A stretch of DNA of 64,000 nucleotides from Amoebidium appalachense. Taxonomy: Eukaryota > Protista > Ichthyosporea. Of the stretch, positions 39,726 through 53,569 are shown piece after piece. How positions within the stretch are numbered: position 1 is the stretch's first letter; each line of letters begins with the position of its first letter. The position numbers and the translations under genes are program-made. Below the pieces are notes generated by a model. The model searched no databases. It worked only from the letters and a program-made list of their open reading frames with translations, and was not told the DNA's origin. The DNA is taken from NCBI GenBank assembly GCA_963693365.1, contig CAVNZM010000004.1, forward strand, positions 8,035,093-8,099,092, in the 5' to 3' direction.

Positions 39726-40823
39726 CCCCCCCCCCCCCCCCCCCCCCCCCCCCAACCCAACTACCACGCATCCATGTATAACACGCACACACTTGTGCAC
39801 GTGCGCACGTGCACACTCCACCATTCTTCTCCGTGTATGATATCGGTAAATCCTTCAGCTGCGAAGTGCACGTATACGTGTGCCGTTGCGAACTGAGATC
39901 TAATTAGACGCACACGTGCGTACATGTGCATTCCGTGACTGCACGCTCCTACATACGTATACTGCCACGGGTGTGTCACGTTGTGTGTGTGGTGGTGGTG
40001 GTGGTGCTCGTAGGGGGGGGGGAAGAAGCTCGAGGCAGCTCGCAGTGTACATGTTTTAGCGAACGGGGGGAGGAGGCCCTTGGTGGGGAGGGGGGGGGAA
40101 GGGGGGGGACTTATGAAAGAAAGAACACCCCACACCAAAACCAGAAAAGTCCAAACACATCCAGCCACCCGAGTATCCGTATACGTACACCCGTACAGTA
40201 CACGGCTCGCGGCCGCTTATGGTTATAAAGCACTCCGTCCCAGGAAGGCAGATACTATCCGGTTGAATGAGATAATTCCCATATGCATAATGCATGACAC
40301 GGTGCACGCCGTGGTGACCAAGCTCCATGAGATACGACAAGGTGACCATACTTAGTATGGCGGCAAGGGTACGCATGCCACAAATCTGAACATCAATTTC
40401 TCACACAATTGTAAAAGACCTTACTCAGGTCAGTGTACATGTGGCCCCCCTTGCCTTGAAAGCAGGCACATGTAGTAAAACGTACTTTTGAAAGCATAGA
40501 GCCTCAGATGTGTTATGTACCAAAGTCTAATGGGCCGATTCCCCATATATTTGTGCCCGTCTCTAAATTTTGCTAATAAATCATTGTGCGGTGTTTTTCT
40601 CCCATGGCCATGCCATGGCCTTGTCAACATACTTAAGCAGAGATATAATAACTAACCATCTTCCAATATAAGCCTCACATCGGTACACGTGCACACACGC
40701 GTACATACACACATTATTATAACCGAATTACAGCCAACACATGCACATATGCCGCACAAACCGAAGCACACACATACACCTACACGGCGCAGTCATGCAC
40801 GACAGGTAACACACACACACACA

Positions 40824-40878
<55 letters not shown>

Positions 40879-41075
40879 CACCATCACATACAAACATATT
40901 CATCCATTTTGCATGCGCGGTACACCCCAGCCTGGGAAAAACAAAAGACATGGGCATTATATCAGTTGTGTACCTGTGCAAAAGGGAATAAATTCGCAAC
41001 CTAACCTTTCCATGGGGAAAAAAAAAACAAAAAAAAAACAATAACTCAGAAGATTCGACAAGCGCCCATTTCCCG

Positions 41076-41388
41076 CTATCTTGATCCACCAGCGGTCGGT
41101 GTAGGCGTCTTCTCTGCCGTCTTTGTGGTTTTTGTCGTCTTTGTCGTCTTTGTTGTCTTCGTAGTTTTTGTTGCTTTTGTGGTATTCTGTTTCGGCCCGC
41201 CGACCGCGCCCGGTTTCTTCACGGCCTGAACCTGGTTTTTCATTGCAATTTGAGTGGGGACAATGGTCACAACCGTCGTGACGAACGGGATGGTGACCGT
41301 GTTTGTCACTTGCGATCCAAGTAGAACCACCGTGGATACCTGCGAGTGGGGATAATAGGTGTTTATTTTTCAATTGTTCATTACCCTT

Positions 41389-41423
<35 letters not shown>

Positions 41424-42042
41424 GGGGGGGGTTCTTTCATCGGGTAGGCGGGGAGGGGGGGGGGGGGTAGAGAAGGTGAGAGCGAGGGGGGGTGGGGGGG
41501 GTGGGGGGTTTTTACTTGGCTTTTCCCTACATGCGAAACCCATTCTAAGCCTTAGCAAAAATGTGGTGGTACAAGGTACATGGTAAAGGGCATGAATGAG
41601 GGGCCGATTGGGCGGGGAGGGGGGTTAGGGGTTTAGGGTGGTGGTGGTGGTTTGGGGGGAGGGGGGGGGGGGGGGGGAGGTTAGACTGCATCAGATAGTC
41701 CCAAATACAGCTACAAACAACTACAAAGGAAAGTACCCAGCGTTAAGGGAGGGGGGTGGGGGGGAGGGAGGGGGGGTGGAAAGGATTGAACTCTAAGGAA
41801 TATCAGCGCATCTACTCTCAAGCACATGGTCTCAACAAGCACATGCACATGCAAACACAGAACGCATATCAGACGCACACACATGCAGCATGCCGACTGC
41901 ATGCACGTCTTTATACAAGTATACGGACCATGTAAATATGAATAAAGCACTTGCACGCGTGTGTACCGTAACATAGACAAAACACACACACACACACAAC
42001 AAGCATGAGACGTTTAGTTTGTTTCATTTTTTTTGTTTGGCG

Positions 42043-42089
<47 letters not shown>

Positions 42090-42191
42090 GAGGAGGGGGG
42101 AGGGGGGGACGGTACCTGGACCCCGTTTGTGACTGTCGTGGTGCCCAAAACCTCAGTCTTGACTTCAGTCACAGTCTGCAGTGGAAAGGGT

Positions 42192-42231
<40 letters not shown>

Positions 42232-42513
42232 GAGAGAGGAAAACGGGTCAACACTCTGTTCCCTATTCATTGGGCTACCCCGGGGGAGACAGGGGAGGGG
42301 GGTAGGGGTTGACATATCTTTGAGAAGAGAATGAAAGGGAAAGCGAGGAAGGGAAGAAGTACTTGATTTTCTTGTGCGTGCGTGTGTGTGTGTCTGTGGG
42401 AGGGGGGGTGGGGGGGGGGGGGGGGGGGGGGGGGGAGTAACAACTTTCTTCTATCTGATTTCATCGTTTTGAGGGAGGAGCATTAGGTACATAGAATTGG
42501 CGGTTCGAAACCG

Positions 42514-42568
<55 letters not shown>

Positions 42569-42638
42569 CGGCGGGCGAGCGGACGGTCGGGGGGAGGGGG
42601 GGGGGGGGGGGGGGGGGGGGGGAGGGGGGAGGAGGGGG

Positions 42639-42690
<52 letters not shown>

Positions 42691-42722
42691 ATAAAAGTAA
42701 GAAATCAACCATTAAGGGGTGT

Positions 42723-42770
<48 letters not shown>

Positions 42771-43754
42771 ACCTGGGAGGCTGTGGCTATGATTGTCTTG
42801 GTCAGTGTGGCGCTGTATGTCGACACGGTGGACACTACCGTCACCGTGGGGCCCACATTCTTCACATTCCTCGCCTGAACACGCGGATTTGCCGGAGGGT
42901 TGTCCTTCGGTTTGCACCCGTCAATAGCGCTTGCAGGGTAGGAACACATGCCGTTTGCTATGTTTACGCACAGCGCGCCGCAGGAATTTGTGTTGGAATT
43001 TGACAGGACGGGGGTGTTTGGTTTCCCGTTTTTGTTTAGACCCCAGACTTGGTTCTTGTCGGAGGGCGTACAGTCGGTGAGGGTGAGTACGGTGTCGCTG
43101 GCGGCTGGGCTGTCAGGCGCACGGAGACACTTGTGTGGTTCCTGTGCGGGGAGGGAGATTGGGTGGTGAATATGAAACACAATCAGGATACTGACCGTTA
43201 ATTAAACGTTGGGTCGGATCTTGCGTCTATGCTCGATACTTACACGCAGCTCTATTACCAGACACATGCACACATATATACACACACAGACAGACCAGAT
43301 CCAAAACGTGTGCCTGCACGTGCCTACACCGGCAGAGGGGCATACTACGTGCGCACACACACATGCAGACCCACAGATGCAAACCTCCTCCCCACACACA
43401 CACATCCACACCCAATTTTGAAAGCATGGATACACAAACCAAGAGATGGACAAAAAAACTACTGTTTGCACCATTGCTTCTCTCCTAGACTCGCCCTCGC
43501 TCTCCCTCCCTCCCTCCCCCCCCCCCCCCCCCCCCCCCCCTTCCGCCCACCCACCCACCCACGCACACAACCGCCCTCCCCTTACCCTTAACCCAATGTG
43601 ACTGGCTCAGCTCCCCGCCTCTATGACACCCCTCGTCCCTTTTTCAAACACACACAAGCTGACACGCGCGAGCACAAGCGCACACACCGTTGTGACAATT
43701 GTGACACACAAACATACACACATGCACACGCACACGCACACGCACACACGCACA

Positions 43755-43803
<49 letters not shown>

Positions 43804-44100
43804 TTCAAGCCCCGCTTCCACTCATTCTCACACCGTTTTTCCTCCGTTTCACAAAGTATTTAACTTTTAACCTACCGTGAAAGTAACAATCAGACCCTCA
43901 GTAGACGACTGAAACAACTGTTGCGAGTCATTACTATCACATGCAGCCACGAACAAGCTGTCTCCATTCCTCCTGAGGCAGCCATCACCGGACCCACTGG
44001 TGAGGGCGTACTGGTAGAGATTTCCATCTAGCGTAATGAGAGCATGGGCCGAGCCTGCTAGAAGCACTACTGCCGTGAGATGGGCGGAGAGGGTAAACAT
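41076..44100 (-). CDS. Secreted protein with ricin-B/beta-trefoil-like lectin repeats and a Thr/Val-rich then TKTTK-repeat tail, about 305 aa, 4 exons
   Basis: Exons 44100-43876, 43141-42773, 42175-42116, 41339-41076, all phase 0. Signal peptide MFTLSAHLTAVVLLAGSAHA; C-L..C-D..QQLF and C-L..C..NQVW (QxW-type) repeats. Confidence 0.8.
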
Positions 44101-44867
44101 TCTTGACACTAGAGTGTAGAAATGAGAGGGGAGGGGACGGTGGGGAAAGAGGGAGAGTGTCTAGTGTTAATGAAGTTGGGCGAATAATACGTGCGCATTA
44201 GGCAAAGAAAACATGGACTGGTATTGTGCTTGTAGGTACAGAATACTGGAGGGTGTGAATCAATCTGTGAGTAATTGTTACAAGCTTCCTCATTAGTTGA
44301 TAAACTCGCGTGCAGTTATCAAAACAGAAGTAGTTAGTTGCCAGTAGTTGAGCACCTCGGAGTAAACAACTCCACGGAACATAAGATGTTTGTGCAAAAA
44401 CTGACTGACCGGGGCGGCTTTGCTGTTTTGAACTTCGAAGGTGTGATTGTGAAGAGTGTGCGGGTGTCGATACGATTGGACATGCCTTAGATGCCCGTTT
44501 CTCCCTAACCCTGAAATAACCGAACAAATAATCAAGTCATATACATACATTTGAATAAAGAGTAATAAAAGTTACCTTACTTTAGGGAAAAGACTTATAG
44601 ACTTCAACGGTTTCCTTATTTAATTTTTGTTATAGCTAACCTACACCGTACTACTGAGGCTTCGGAAGTAAAGTTCAAAGTTGACAATCTAGGGGGCCCA
44701 AGCTGCGCGCCGTTTTATGCAGAAAAACGAATTGATTGGCTGACTGTAAATCGTAATCTTTTGAATGCACCGTCTTTTTGCTTTTTTCGTGGGGCGGCTC
44801 AGCCTGGGCTGTTACACGGGCACGGCCGCCGGCCGGGCCCGGCGGCGGGCGCTGCCGGCGCCACAAT

Positions 44868-45190
44868 CATTGGTGTGGCGACTTGACTTCAAGTCGCGAC
44901 TTGAAGTCATCAAGCCCCTGACATCAACAAAGTCAAGTCAAGTCACGAGGCCTGACATAGGAGTGACTTGAAGGGGGAGGGGGACTTGGGACGGGGAAGC
45001 ATAGGAGGATGGGTGATAAGGGGGGGCGCAATGCCCGCCCATGGCCCAGCCCGGCCACGGGTGAGCCGGAGGAGTTACTAAAAATAGCATCCCTCCAAGT
45101 CGCGACTCCAAATCAAGTCAAGTCATCCAACCGAGCAAACAATTATAACTATAAGTCAAGTCAAGTCGTTGAGGCTCTGCCACACCCCTG
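44868..45190. mobile_element. hAT-type MITE (323 bp) with 12-bp TIRs and an 8-bp TSD
   Basis: TIRs CATTGGTGTGGC / GCCACACCCCTG (10/12 match); TSD GCCACAAT at 44860-44867 and 45191-45198; many subterminal AAGTC/GACTT pentamers; perfect 26-bp palindrome at 44884-44909. Confidence 0.85.
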
Positions 45191-45204
45191 GCCACAATTC
45201 AAAA

Positions 45205-45427
45205 TGCTGGCACGGGTGGGCCCGCGCCCCGCTGCGAGCATGTGCGTCTTGTTGGAGTGTGTGAGTCACGTGTGCAGTTTGGCATTACTGTGTGTGTGTC
45301 TGGCCGCCGGGCGCTGCCGGCGCCACAACTGCTGGCACGGGCGGGCCCGTGCGGCGCTGCGAGCATGTGCGTCTTGTTGGAGTGTGTGAGTCACGTGTGC
45401 GGTGTGGCATTATTGTGTGTGTGTCTG
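45205..45427. repeat. Tandem duplication, period about 125 bp
   Basis: TGCTGGCACGGG..GCTGCGAGCATGTGCGTCTTGTTGGAGTGTGTGAGTCACGTGTGC at 45205 and 45330. Confidence 0.85.
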
Positions 45428-45953
45428 AGAGGGAGTGTGTGGGTGTTTGTGTGCGTTCATGTGTGCATGCATGCTGTACACGCGTGTCTATGTGTGCCAC
45501 GAGAACCTGCATACAGTGTGCAACTTGGGGTGTACCATCTGGGTGTACGCGGCTTAAGTGTACAGTCACCCGGACATGTGCGTACGCTTGCGGCCGTGCT
45601 GTTGTGATTCTGCAGTCAAAGCACATCCGTGCACGTAAGCGAGCCTGCGTGTAAAGGTTCATGGTTATAGCACGTGTGCTGGCATATTTGGTGGGATATG
45701 GAGGGTGAGGACAAGAAAAGAAAGGGATCCGGACCGCCGCGGCGCCGGGCCCGGGCGAAATTGCAGGTACTTGGGTGACTCGTTTGGCCCGGAGGGAACC
45801 TGCCCCGAGACCCGCGGCCGGGTGGGTTTGAATGTTGACATGTAGTAAGCAACCTCAAGGTGCGACTAGGCAACCTGGCCAGCCTATGTACACAAAATTT
45901 CACGACCCCCTCCCTACGAACTAACCTGCGCCCTCTCTCACTCACACACGCAC

Positions 45954-46053
<100 letters not shown>

Positions 46054-46477
46054 CCTCTCTCCCTCTCTCCACCTCTCTCCCTCTCTCCCTCTCCCTCCTC
46101 TCTCTCTCTTTCCCCCCTCCCCACTTTTTTCTCCTCCCTGCTGCCACCGCTCACCCCCCCCCCCCCTCCCCCCGGCCGCCGCCCTCCCCTCCCCTCACCT
46201 TTTCACACGCGTACACCACCTATGTTTGTGTGGTCGTGAGCCCCCCTCCCCCTGCGCCCCCCTCCCCCCCCAAACCCCCCAACCCCCGCCCCCTCAACCC
46301 CACCCTACTACCCCCCACCGCCACGCCCCTCACCTCACCCGGACGGAGTACTTCTCACACACCCCTCTTCCTTCCCTTAACACACACCATGTCCTTCCAA
46401 GTGCAATCTTGTTCCACTCAAAATTTCTGATTTCGGCCACAGGCTTTGTCATCGTGCTGAGGCATGGTGTGGCGTTG

Positions 46478-46511
<34 letters not shown>

Positions 46512-46952
46512 ACGCGTGTGGTGTGTGTGTAAGTGTGCTGTTTTGTGTGTGAGTGTGTGTGCGTGCGTGTGTGTGTGTGTCAAGGTGTGTGTGTTCGTGC
46601 GTGTGTATGTTTTCTAACCGGATGGTGTATTTTCGTGTCCAGTTCAGTCCCGGAGCCCAGTCGTCGTATCATCTTTCTGCCTTCAGTTTAGACAGGTTGG
46701 TCTCAGTGATTTGACGTGTCTGTGTATGAAAGTGTGTGTTTGCGTGCATGTCGATAGTTTTTGATAGCGCTATGATGTGTTGTCTGTATTATGCCTTGTG
46801 TGGACGAATGCAAGAATATGCACCGACCCATGTGCACGCGGCACATCACGTGTGGGTGTGCATGTCTCTCTGTGTGGATAATACGCGAGCTGGCACTTGT
46901 GTGTGCGCTTGTTTGTGTACGTACGCCTGCATGTGTTCGCTCGCATGTGTGC

Positions 46953-46993
<41 letters not shown>

Positions 46994-48555
46994 GCTGTCT
47001 GTCTGAATGTGCGTGTTTATGTTCTGTGCGCGCGGTGTGTGCTTGTGTGTGCATGTGTTTGTGCGAGTGAGTGGTGGGGGGAGGGGGGAGGGAGGAGGGG
47101 GGATGTTGGTGATTGTGTTGGTATGTGCGTGCACAGGTGTACGTGCGTGCGTGTACAGAGGTTGTTTAAAGAGTTGTGCAAAGGAGCCTCCGGCAGCACG
47201 GCAACTGTCCAAGTAAAGAGGCAGTATGACCAAATATTTTCCTTTTGTGATGCAGACCTGTGTATGGTTCAATGTTCAACACTAACAGTAGTCCACTTTA
47301 ATTTGAAGGAGCTAACGGGCGCTGTGCGTATGAATATATCACGTCCAACAACCATGTATATACACCTGCTGCATTTTTGCCTCCCGGCCCTGGAATAATA
47401 TTTCTGTACGTTGTCTCTGCTCTGCTCTAGAGCCTGAGAAAGAGAGCGCTGCTGAGCGCTGCTGAAAGTGAAAAATAAGGAACCCAAAAAAATGACGTGT
47501 CAGTGCTTGCTGTCATTGGATCAACTAAAATTTGGTAGCCAATCAACGTCTACTTGACCTTACTCTGTGATCTCCTCAGATCTAACTTTGAAAAACAGCG
47601 ACATGCTAGCTATATAGATAAATAAGATATCTCACAGGAACAAGCTTTTCTGGAACATTTTCATAGCGTCATCGCTCCGACACTGCCACAATGCAGTTAG
47701 CTGGTGCATACTAGGAAAAAATGCATTAATTTTGTTTTATAGACTAGTAGGCTTTTCTTGCGGCATTAGTTTAAGACTCTTGACAGCTGTGAGAGTCTAC
47801 ACCGAGTTCGTCTCCAAGTTTGGGCTGGAGGAACAGCGAGATAACAGCTAGATAACCTATTTTAGCAGTCTTTCAGTCGCTAGTCACTGGTGACTTTCCC
47901 GTTTGCCGCCCAGGGCGTCGACTTGGGTGCGGCAGGCATGCGGCGGGCTGTGTGTAAAATGTGTTCGAACGGTTGGGTTTTTAGGTATTCACGGATTGAG
48001 CTAACTGAAGGGTGGAAAGTTGTGTGACAGAGGACACGCCTAGGGGCTCGGCCCGAGGTAAAAACTCGCCATTTCGCTATAACCCTTCCAACAGACGCTG
48101 CAATTCACGTAACACACATGGGTAAAGGTATTAGCTGTGGTCATAAAGCAACTAGCAAGCACTCTTTCTTCAGACACCATAGTGATATCAATATGAGAGC
48201 GAAATCTAGTATGGTATCTTTAGCCAATGTACGCATTTAGTAATATGCAAGGGAGTCACTCTACCTGCCACTGAACAGCCACACTGCCACCGGGCGCGGC
48301 GCCCACCACCACCGTACACAGGTGTACTAGTGCTCTGCACCAAGCTACAAATACTACAGCACGCTCATATCTCGAGTCTGCAACAAAGTGTGCCGTGCCA
48401 TTACCCTCAGGTTTGACGTGCCGTCACAACGCAAGTGTTGTTTAATATTTGGATGTTTTCGTCCGGTAGAATAAACTAATGCAACACCTACTGCTTTCCG
48501 GTATGCGCATTTGAATTTGTCACACATTCACCGCCCACACTCCATTTGTGGAAAG

Positions 48556-49647
48556 ATGGACCGAAAGAAATCCTTTTTTGAACTAGTGCTTTCGAGCCTC
48601 AGCTCGAGCTCGGCGGAAGCACTGCAACCAAACAACACACAACAATCACTGAAATCTCATAAGTCCCGTGACTCGGCATCAAAAGCAGTGTTTTGCCCGT
48701 CCTTTCTAGACGACTCCCAAAAACGAATGAGAGCTCTACCTTTTCAAAGAAAGACAGCACAACAGTCACGTTTTATGAATATACCGTGCATATTTTTGGT
48801 TTCCTCGGCGTTTGTCTTTGTGTGGTTTTGTGTTTACGGACCTTTTTCCGTGTACACCAGGAGCTCGATCGCGAGCCAACGTACGGTCGGGGAGGCGATC
48901 AGCAATTTGGAAAATGCGATTGGAATCGGGATTCTTGGAAACACACCGTCACCCATCACCCCCACACAATCATTAACAGACACCGCTCCCACCAATGTGA
49001 GTGTTCAAACCGGCGGACAGACCGCGGCTGGGGTTCAACAAGCACCAGCGAAATCAGATGTGCACAGTACGGCAAACACCAATCAAAAGCCCCAGACGCC
49101 AATAATGCTCACAGCCGATTGGCTCAAGTTTGCCCAGGACCGGTTGGTTAGTCTAAGGAGCAAGTGGTGCTCCAGACACAGCCCCACGGCTCTACTTCAC
49201 GAGCTCTCACCTTCGAAAGTGCCCAACCCCAGCCGAAATGAAACGTGTCTGTTTGAATCAGATGAGAACCTGTGGCAGGGCCCGAATTCCGATCACCTGC
49301 AGGCGCTTTTGTGGCTTTCTCTCACCGGCAGGAAGGAAAATTTAAGTTTCGGGCTTAGTGGGGGCTCATCATCTGCCGGGGCAGGACAGGGGGTCGGATT
49401 TGAAAACGTCTTCGTCGAGCTCATAGCCAATCAAACGCAGGACATTTTTTCCTATTTGGGATCTCCGGCGAATGTATCGGTGAGGAATATCGGTCACGGA
49501 AACACCGACTCGGTGTGGGGGGGTTTGTTCATTAACGATATGTTGATTCCCCTTGGCGAGAATTCGACCGATATCTTGTTTTGGGAATATGTGCTGAACG
49601 ACCACGTATTTGCCCAAAATGGGCCACAAGAGGTGGGACCCCCCCCT

Positions 49648-49696
<49 letters not shown>

Positions 49697-50037
49697 ACCC
49701 ACCCACCCATACACACACACACACCACACGTGCTCTACCATTCCTCCCCACTCCCCTTTCCCAATCCCCCACACCCACACCCCAGCTACGAAGCCCCACA
49801 CCCATGGTATGATCTGTGCACACAAACCTGTTTCCCCTTTTTCTTGGGATTTTCTGGTCTATCATAAGCATGCCCACCTACCCCTACTCCACGCTCTTGA
49901 AGTATCACTTCTATTGAATCGCCATACCCCCCCCCCCCCCCCCCCCCTGCCCACTATGTTTCACTGTTTTATCCGCCTGTGGCCTCTCCACCCCCTCCTA
50001 TCCCTCCCCCCCGCTCCCCCTTCTCCCCCCCTTCCCC

Positions 50038-50068
<31 letters not shown>

Positions 50069-50995
50069 AAAAAAAAAAAAAACATACACACACCCTCCTC
50101 GTTTCATCATAATATATTTCTTCTGCCATTCCCTTCCTCCTTTCTCACCATCGCCAGCAACACCTAATTTCTGTTGCCCAGTGTGCTTTCCTTCAATATT
50201 GCTTCCCCCTCCCCCCTTTCCCCCTTCTCCCCTTCCCCCGTCCCCTCCCCACCCCCCCCCCCCCCCCCCCCACCCCCACCTCCCCTTCCCCCCTCTCCAC
50301 TCGCTCTGTTCCCCGTCCCTTTCTAATGACTTTCCAATTTACCCTGCACCCTGTTTTTCGTCGTATATCTTTGTACTCACTGCGTAGCAAATCCCCCCCC
50401 CCCCCCCCCCCCCCCTCCCCGCTCCCTGAGGATGGGCTCTGCTTATTATGCATACTCTTTATGTATGGCTTGCATTCTGCATCGTGTTATCCGTTTGTTC
50501 TTGTGTACTTCGTACTTTTTGACGCATTCAAAACCCCCCCCCTCCCCTGCTGCCCAACACCGTTGTACACTTAACGCTGATTGGTCGCCATCACATGTCC
50601 TTTCCAAATTAGGCAGTCGAGGTGTGGTTCCGCCGGGCTCTGCGCCTCAACCCCTTGCCGGCAATCGGAATGCTCTATCTTTGGGACACCCCCACACCCC
50701 AAAACCACGGGGCGTGGCCGGGTGGGGTGTCTGAGAGGTCGCAATTGAAGGTGGTGACGGAATATGCCAAAAGGTGGGTCATATGTATGGGGTAACGTGC
50801 ACATTGGGTGGTGTTGTCAGAAAAAAATTTCATCTTCGTTTTCTTGGTTTTCTATGCTGTGAGTGGCCTTCAGCTTGTTTTGTTGCAATTGGTGTCGTGG
50901 ACTGTGGTTCAACCGGAGAGTAGAGAAGAGTGGATAGGGCGAGAAACATGTTCTTTTTTTTTTTTTTGCGTGTGTCTGTGTGTGGTGGTGGTGGT

Positions 50996-51034
<39 letters not shown>

Positions 51035-51157
51035 GGGTAAAGGGGTTATGTAGGCAAAACAGTTGCTGCCATTTTTGCCTGCTTAAAGTAATCGAAAGAA
51101 GGGGACGGGAGGGGAGGGGGTTGGGGGGTGCGGGAGGGAGGGAAGAGGGACACGGGG

Positions 51158-51208
<51 letters not shown>

Positions 51209-51464
51209 ACAGGTAGAGCAGAAGGGCCCGGGGGGAAGGGGGGGGGGGGGGGGGGGGAGGAGGGGATCATATAACGGGACGGGCGTGGGAGGGGAAGAAA
51301 ACAACAGAGATAGGGTGGTAGCAGGAATTCATTGATGTGTGTTCGTATCAAGGTTATAGTTTTTTGCCACCTCCTTCCCACCTCTCATGCACACACACTC
51401 TCTCTGCCTTTTCTCTCCTTCCCTTTGTTTTTTTTTGGGGGGGGGGGGGTGGGGGGGGGAGGAA

Positions 51465-51510
<46 letters not shown>

Positions 51511-53133
51511 GGAGGATGGAAGGGGAGGGAGGGGGGGGGGGGGGGGGAGGGGATAATGAGAGGGGATGTGGGGGGGAGGGGGGGGGGGAAGTCTTGGGCC
51601 CCGAGAGGGGTTGGGAAGGGGGGAGGGGGGGGGATGGGGTTATAAAAGTGTGAGGAAAGAGAGGACTACTTCCTTGTTGGGAGGCAAGGCGGTTATGTGC
51701 TCTCCGTGTGTGTATAGCAGCATGTTAGTCGATTGTGTGGGTGTGTCAACGTTTGGCTCCACGTACCTGCATAGCACGTGGAGAGGCGTTTTGTGTTTTA
51801 CGGCATGTATGTGTTGTGTAGGCACATACATGCATGTCAATGTATCCACAATGTCTTTTTGCTCCAGGTGACGTGCAGAAGGCGTGGATATTTTTCGGAG
51901 ACTGGATTCTGGCGTTGTAAACGAATAACATTGACGACTGTCGGAGTGTGGGAGTGTGGTTTTTCTGTGTGTGCGTCCAGTGGTTCGCTGCTTGGTGCAC
52001 ATGTGTGTTGTTGTGTTTTGAGCGGTGTGTGTGTGTGTGCTCATCTTTTGGTTCTGTACCTTTGCACATTCTGTGTTCGTGTGCTTGTCTATATTTGCGA
52101 GCTGCTTTAAATCGCACATTTTCACCACAGGTTCGACATACACGGATTCTCCCTCGGCGAGTACTGCCGAAATTTGACCACGATCGGATCGCAAAACGGA
52201 ATCGATCTGCTTACGATTAAGAAGAATTTCCTCTCCGACCACCACCATCCTTCTTTACGGGGGCATCAGACCAGTGAGATTGCGTTCATGTATCACTACA
52301 CGGGAATTTGGTTGAAAATCATTGAGGAAATTATGAAATCCGGTCCCGAGGCAGGTTGGGAGCAGGAGGCAAGAGCCGTAACGACGAAATTCGAGGAAAT
52401 CTTGGCCAACATTCCGAAATTCCGGAATGATGAAGTCCCTTCAGGTATGTAAAGGCTGGTTTACCGGTTAGATTTGCACTCCAGGGGATCCCCGCACTGA
52501 CATAGAGTAGTTCATGACCCTGAGAGGGTACCCTGGGGAAGGTGTGTGTGGGGGGGGGGGGGGGGGGGGAGGGGGGGAGGGGGAGGACTGAGGGGGCTGA
52601 GAAGTTGAGGGGGTCGTAGGGGGCTGGGGGGAGGGGGGTTTGGGGGGGGTGCAAGGAGGAGGGTGGGAGGCACGGGGGTTGGGGAGGGGTGGGGGGTGGG
52701 AGGGAGGCGGGGCGTTTAAGAGGGGGGGAGGGGGCTGGGGGAGGGTTATGTTTTGTGTTCCGAAGGTGATCACATACCTTAGCTTGCTGCTCTGTGGTTT
52801 TTTTTTTTTTTTGTATTTGGCCATTTTGTTAAAAGTACATAATCCCTCCCTTCCCCCCCCCCCCCCCCCCCCCCCCCCCCACCTCTCCCCTCTTTCCCCA
52901 ACACACCCATCCACACACACACACCCCACCATACATAAAGAAGAAATAAAAATCGGGCAATTCATTACATTTTGTTGTGGTAGATGGAAGGAAATTTGGC
53001 CCCACTCTATCACCATAGGTTGCAGGTTACAGAAGGAAAAAATCCACCCCAATTGCTGTATGAAATCTATGAAAGTTTAACACAACCCACCCAACACGTG
53101 TGTGTATGTGTGTGTGTCCATACGTGTGTGTGC

Positions 53134-53176
<43 letters not shown>

Positions 53177-53316
53177 CTGGGTGCACTGGTGCATGTGTGT
53201 GTCTTTGCATGTGTGCGCCCGCCCGCAAGCGTGTGTGTGCATTTGTAAATCATATCATCACGGTATCCTTTCTCAACCTTACTCTCGAAGGAGCCACATA
53301 CTTAGATTCCCGCCCG

Positions 53317-53351
<35 letters not shown>

Positions 53352-53504
53352 TTTTCTGCCCAACATACACATACACACACACCACCACCTTCGAAGCACA
53401 CACACACACACAGAAACACTTAATGCATGCAATGATCCCTCCCCCCCCTCCTTCCCCCCTAGCCTCTCCCCGGTCCGCACAAACACGCTTCAAGACACAT
53501 ACAC

Positions 53505-53569
<65 letters not shown>

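Noticed and set aside
42495-42516. GGTTCGAAACC, B-box/T-loop-like
   Set aside because: No cloverleaf or A box. I found no tRNA, rRNA or snRNA in the window by eye.
44503-44514. CCCTAACCCTGA, resembling a telomerase RNA template
   Set aside because: A short match with no pseudoknot or other supporting structure; chance or a promoter motif.
51718-51790. Possible extra exons in the SGNH gene (also 52984-53075)
   Set aside because: The joins 50773-52131 and 52444-53789 are already in frame and keep motif spacing; the second candidate has in-frame stops.
53264-53272. GTATCCTTT, the U12-type donor consensus
   Set aside because: Mid-intron, with no supportable upstream exon or U12 branch site.
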